The translations under genes and the position numbers were made by a program. From Callorhinchus milii (taxonomy: Eukaryota): 64,000 nt of DNA. The stretch lies in the NCBI RefSeq assembly GCF_018977255.1, contig NW_024704743.1:94924001-94988000 (forward strand), written 5' to 3'. Below are positions 63,011 to 64,000 of the stretch, one piece after another; the first letter of the stretch is position 1; the number at the start of each line of letters is the position of its first letter. The notes below the pieces were generated by a model. It made no database searches, had not been told where the DNA came from, and saw only the letters and a list, made by a program, of their open reading frames with translations.

Positions 63011-63756
63011 GCAAAATTAACAAGCATTAAGGTACACTGTGGTATCTCAGTGAGATTTTGCCCCTTTACTGGAGTTGAGGAGGGAACTTCAATGGATGTT
63101 CCAAGTCACTTGTCAGACCTCCATAGAACCACTCACTCCTAACAAGAGTTAGCAAGACAATTCATCAGACTCAACCCAGAATTAGTCCCAGGACTCCTTT
63201 GACCTTTGGGTTCTTTTGTTTTCCATTTTGGTGAGAAATTGCACCATGCTGTTTTCCATTCACTGTTTTGTTAATGATTTAATGACTTGAAATGTACATT
63301 ATAAAAGACTCATAATCTGTTGGCTCATTGGTTTCTTTTATAATTTTTTTTAATCCATGTAACTTTTTAAGCTAACATTCTCCAGCGACAACGTCAAGCG
63401 CAATTTTTGCAATTAAGAAATTATTTTAATGCATGATTAATATAACAGTGCTAAATAAATACGGCTGAATAGTAAGCAATTGACAACCCATATCATTTCT
63501 TCTCCAGTGATTATTGTAATCTTTTGTTCAAAAATAATAACGTGTTTAGTGTAGGTTCATCACTATCTGTGGAACATCCTTTTGCATCTGTATCACTGAA
63601 AATGCTTTAATCACAAAGAGGTGCTGCTAAGCAACTTCAGCACATAGAATTAACCAGATAGCCAGATATTCACATCCTCTCGATATGAAAGGCGCTATAC
63701 AAATGTCATTTTGTGTTGTATATATTATTGCAACATGACATTTTTGGCCTGATTTC

Positions 63757-64000
63757 ATTCAGAACTCTGCAGCTCGTGTACTGTCCCGCACCAGGCTTCG
63801 GGACCACATCACTCCCACCCTCGCTCGCCTCCTCTGGCTCCCCATCCCCCAGAGGATTGATTTCAAGATCCTCATCCTCACCTACAAGGCCATTCACGGT
63901 CTTGCTCCCTCCTACCTCTCCGACCTACTATCCCCCTACCTACCTGCCCGTACCCTCCATTCCTCCGGCTCCGGTCTGCTCCACGTCCCCCGCCCCAATC
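63757..64000 (+). mobile_element. L2 ORF2 C-terminal fragment running off the window
   Basis: attcagaactctgcagctcgtgtactgtcccgcacc (IQNSAARVLSRT) onward, parallel to ~41978-42220. Confidence 0.92.

Overview
Eukaryotic, AT-rich vertebrate DNA, most consistent with a cartilaginous fish (probably a chimaera such as Callorhinchus), judged from its repeats: CR1 and L2 LINE fragments, tRNA-Ala-headed SINEs with L2-type tails, older Deu-domain SINEs and a Penelope-type terminus. Nearly all listed ORFs are chance ORFs or decayed LINE ORF2 pieces. I can support only one host coding exon (11859-11993, + strand, 45 codons, gene not recognised), so the window looks like long introns of one large gene. 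Several repeat-free, motif-dense blocks resemble conserved non-coding enhancers. I found no prokaryotic genes, CRISPR array or clearly new protein-coding system. The best observations are: a SINE/L2 3' stem-loop showing C-G, U.G and U-A variants of one base pair; three SINE generations sharing one tail; a four-layer nested insertion; an intact hAT-type MITE; an unclassified old repeat in three pieces; and a ~90-nt hairpin in unique sequence. Repeat boundaries were read by eye and are approximate unless a TSD or splice site fixes them.
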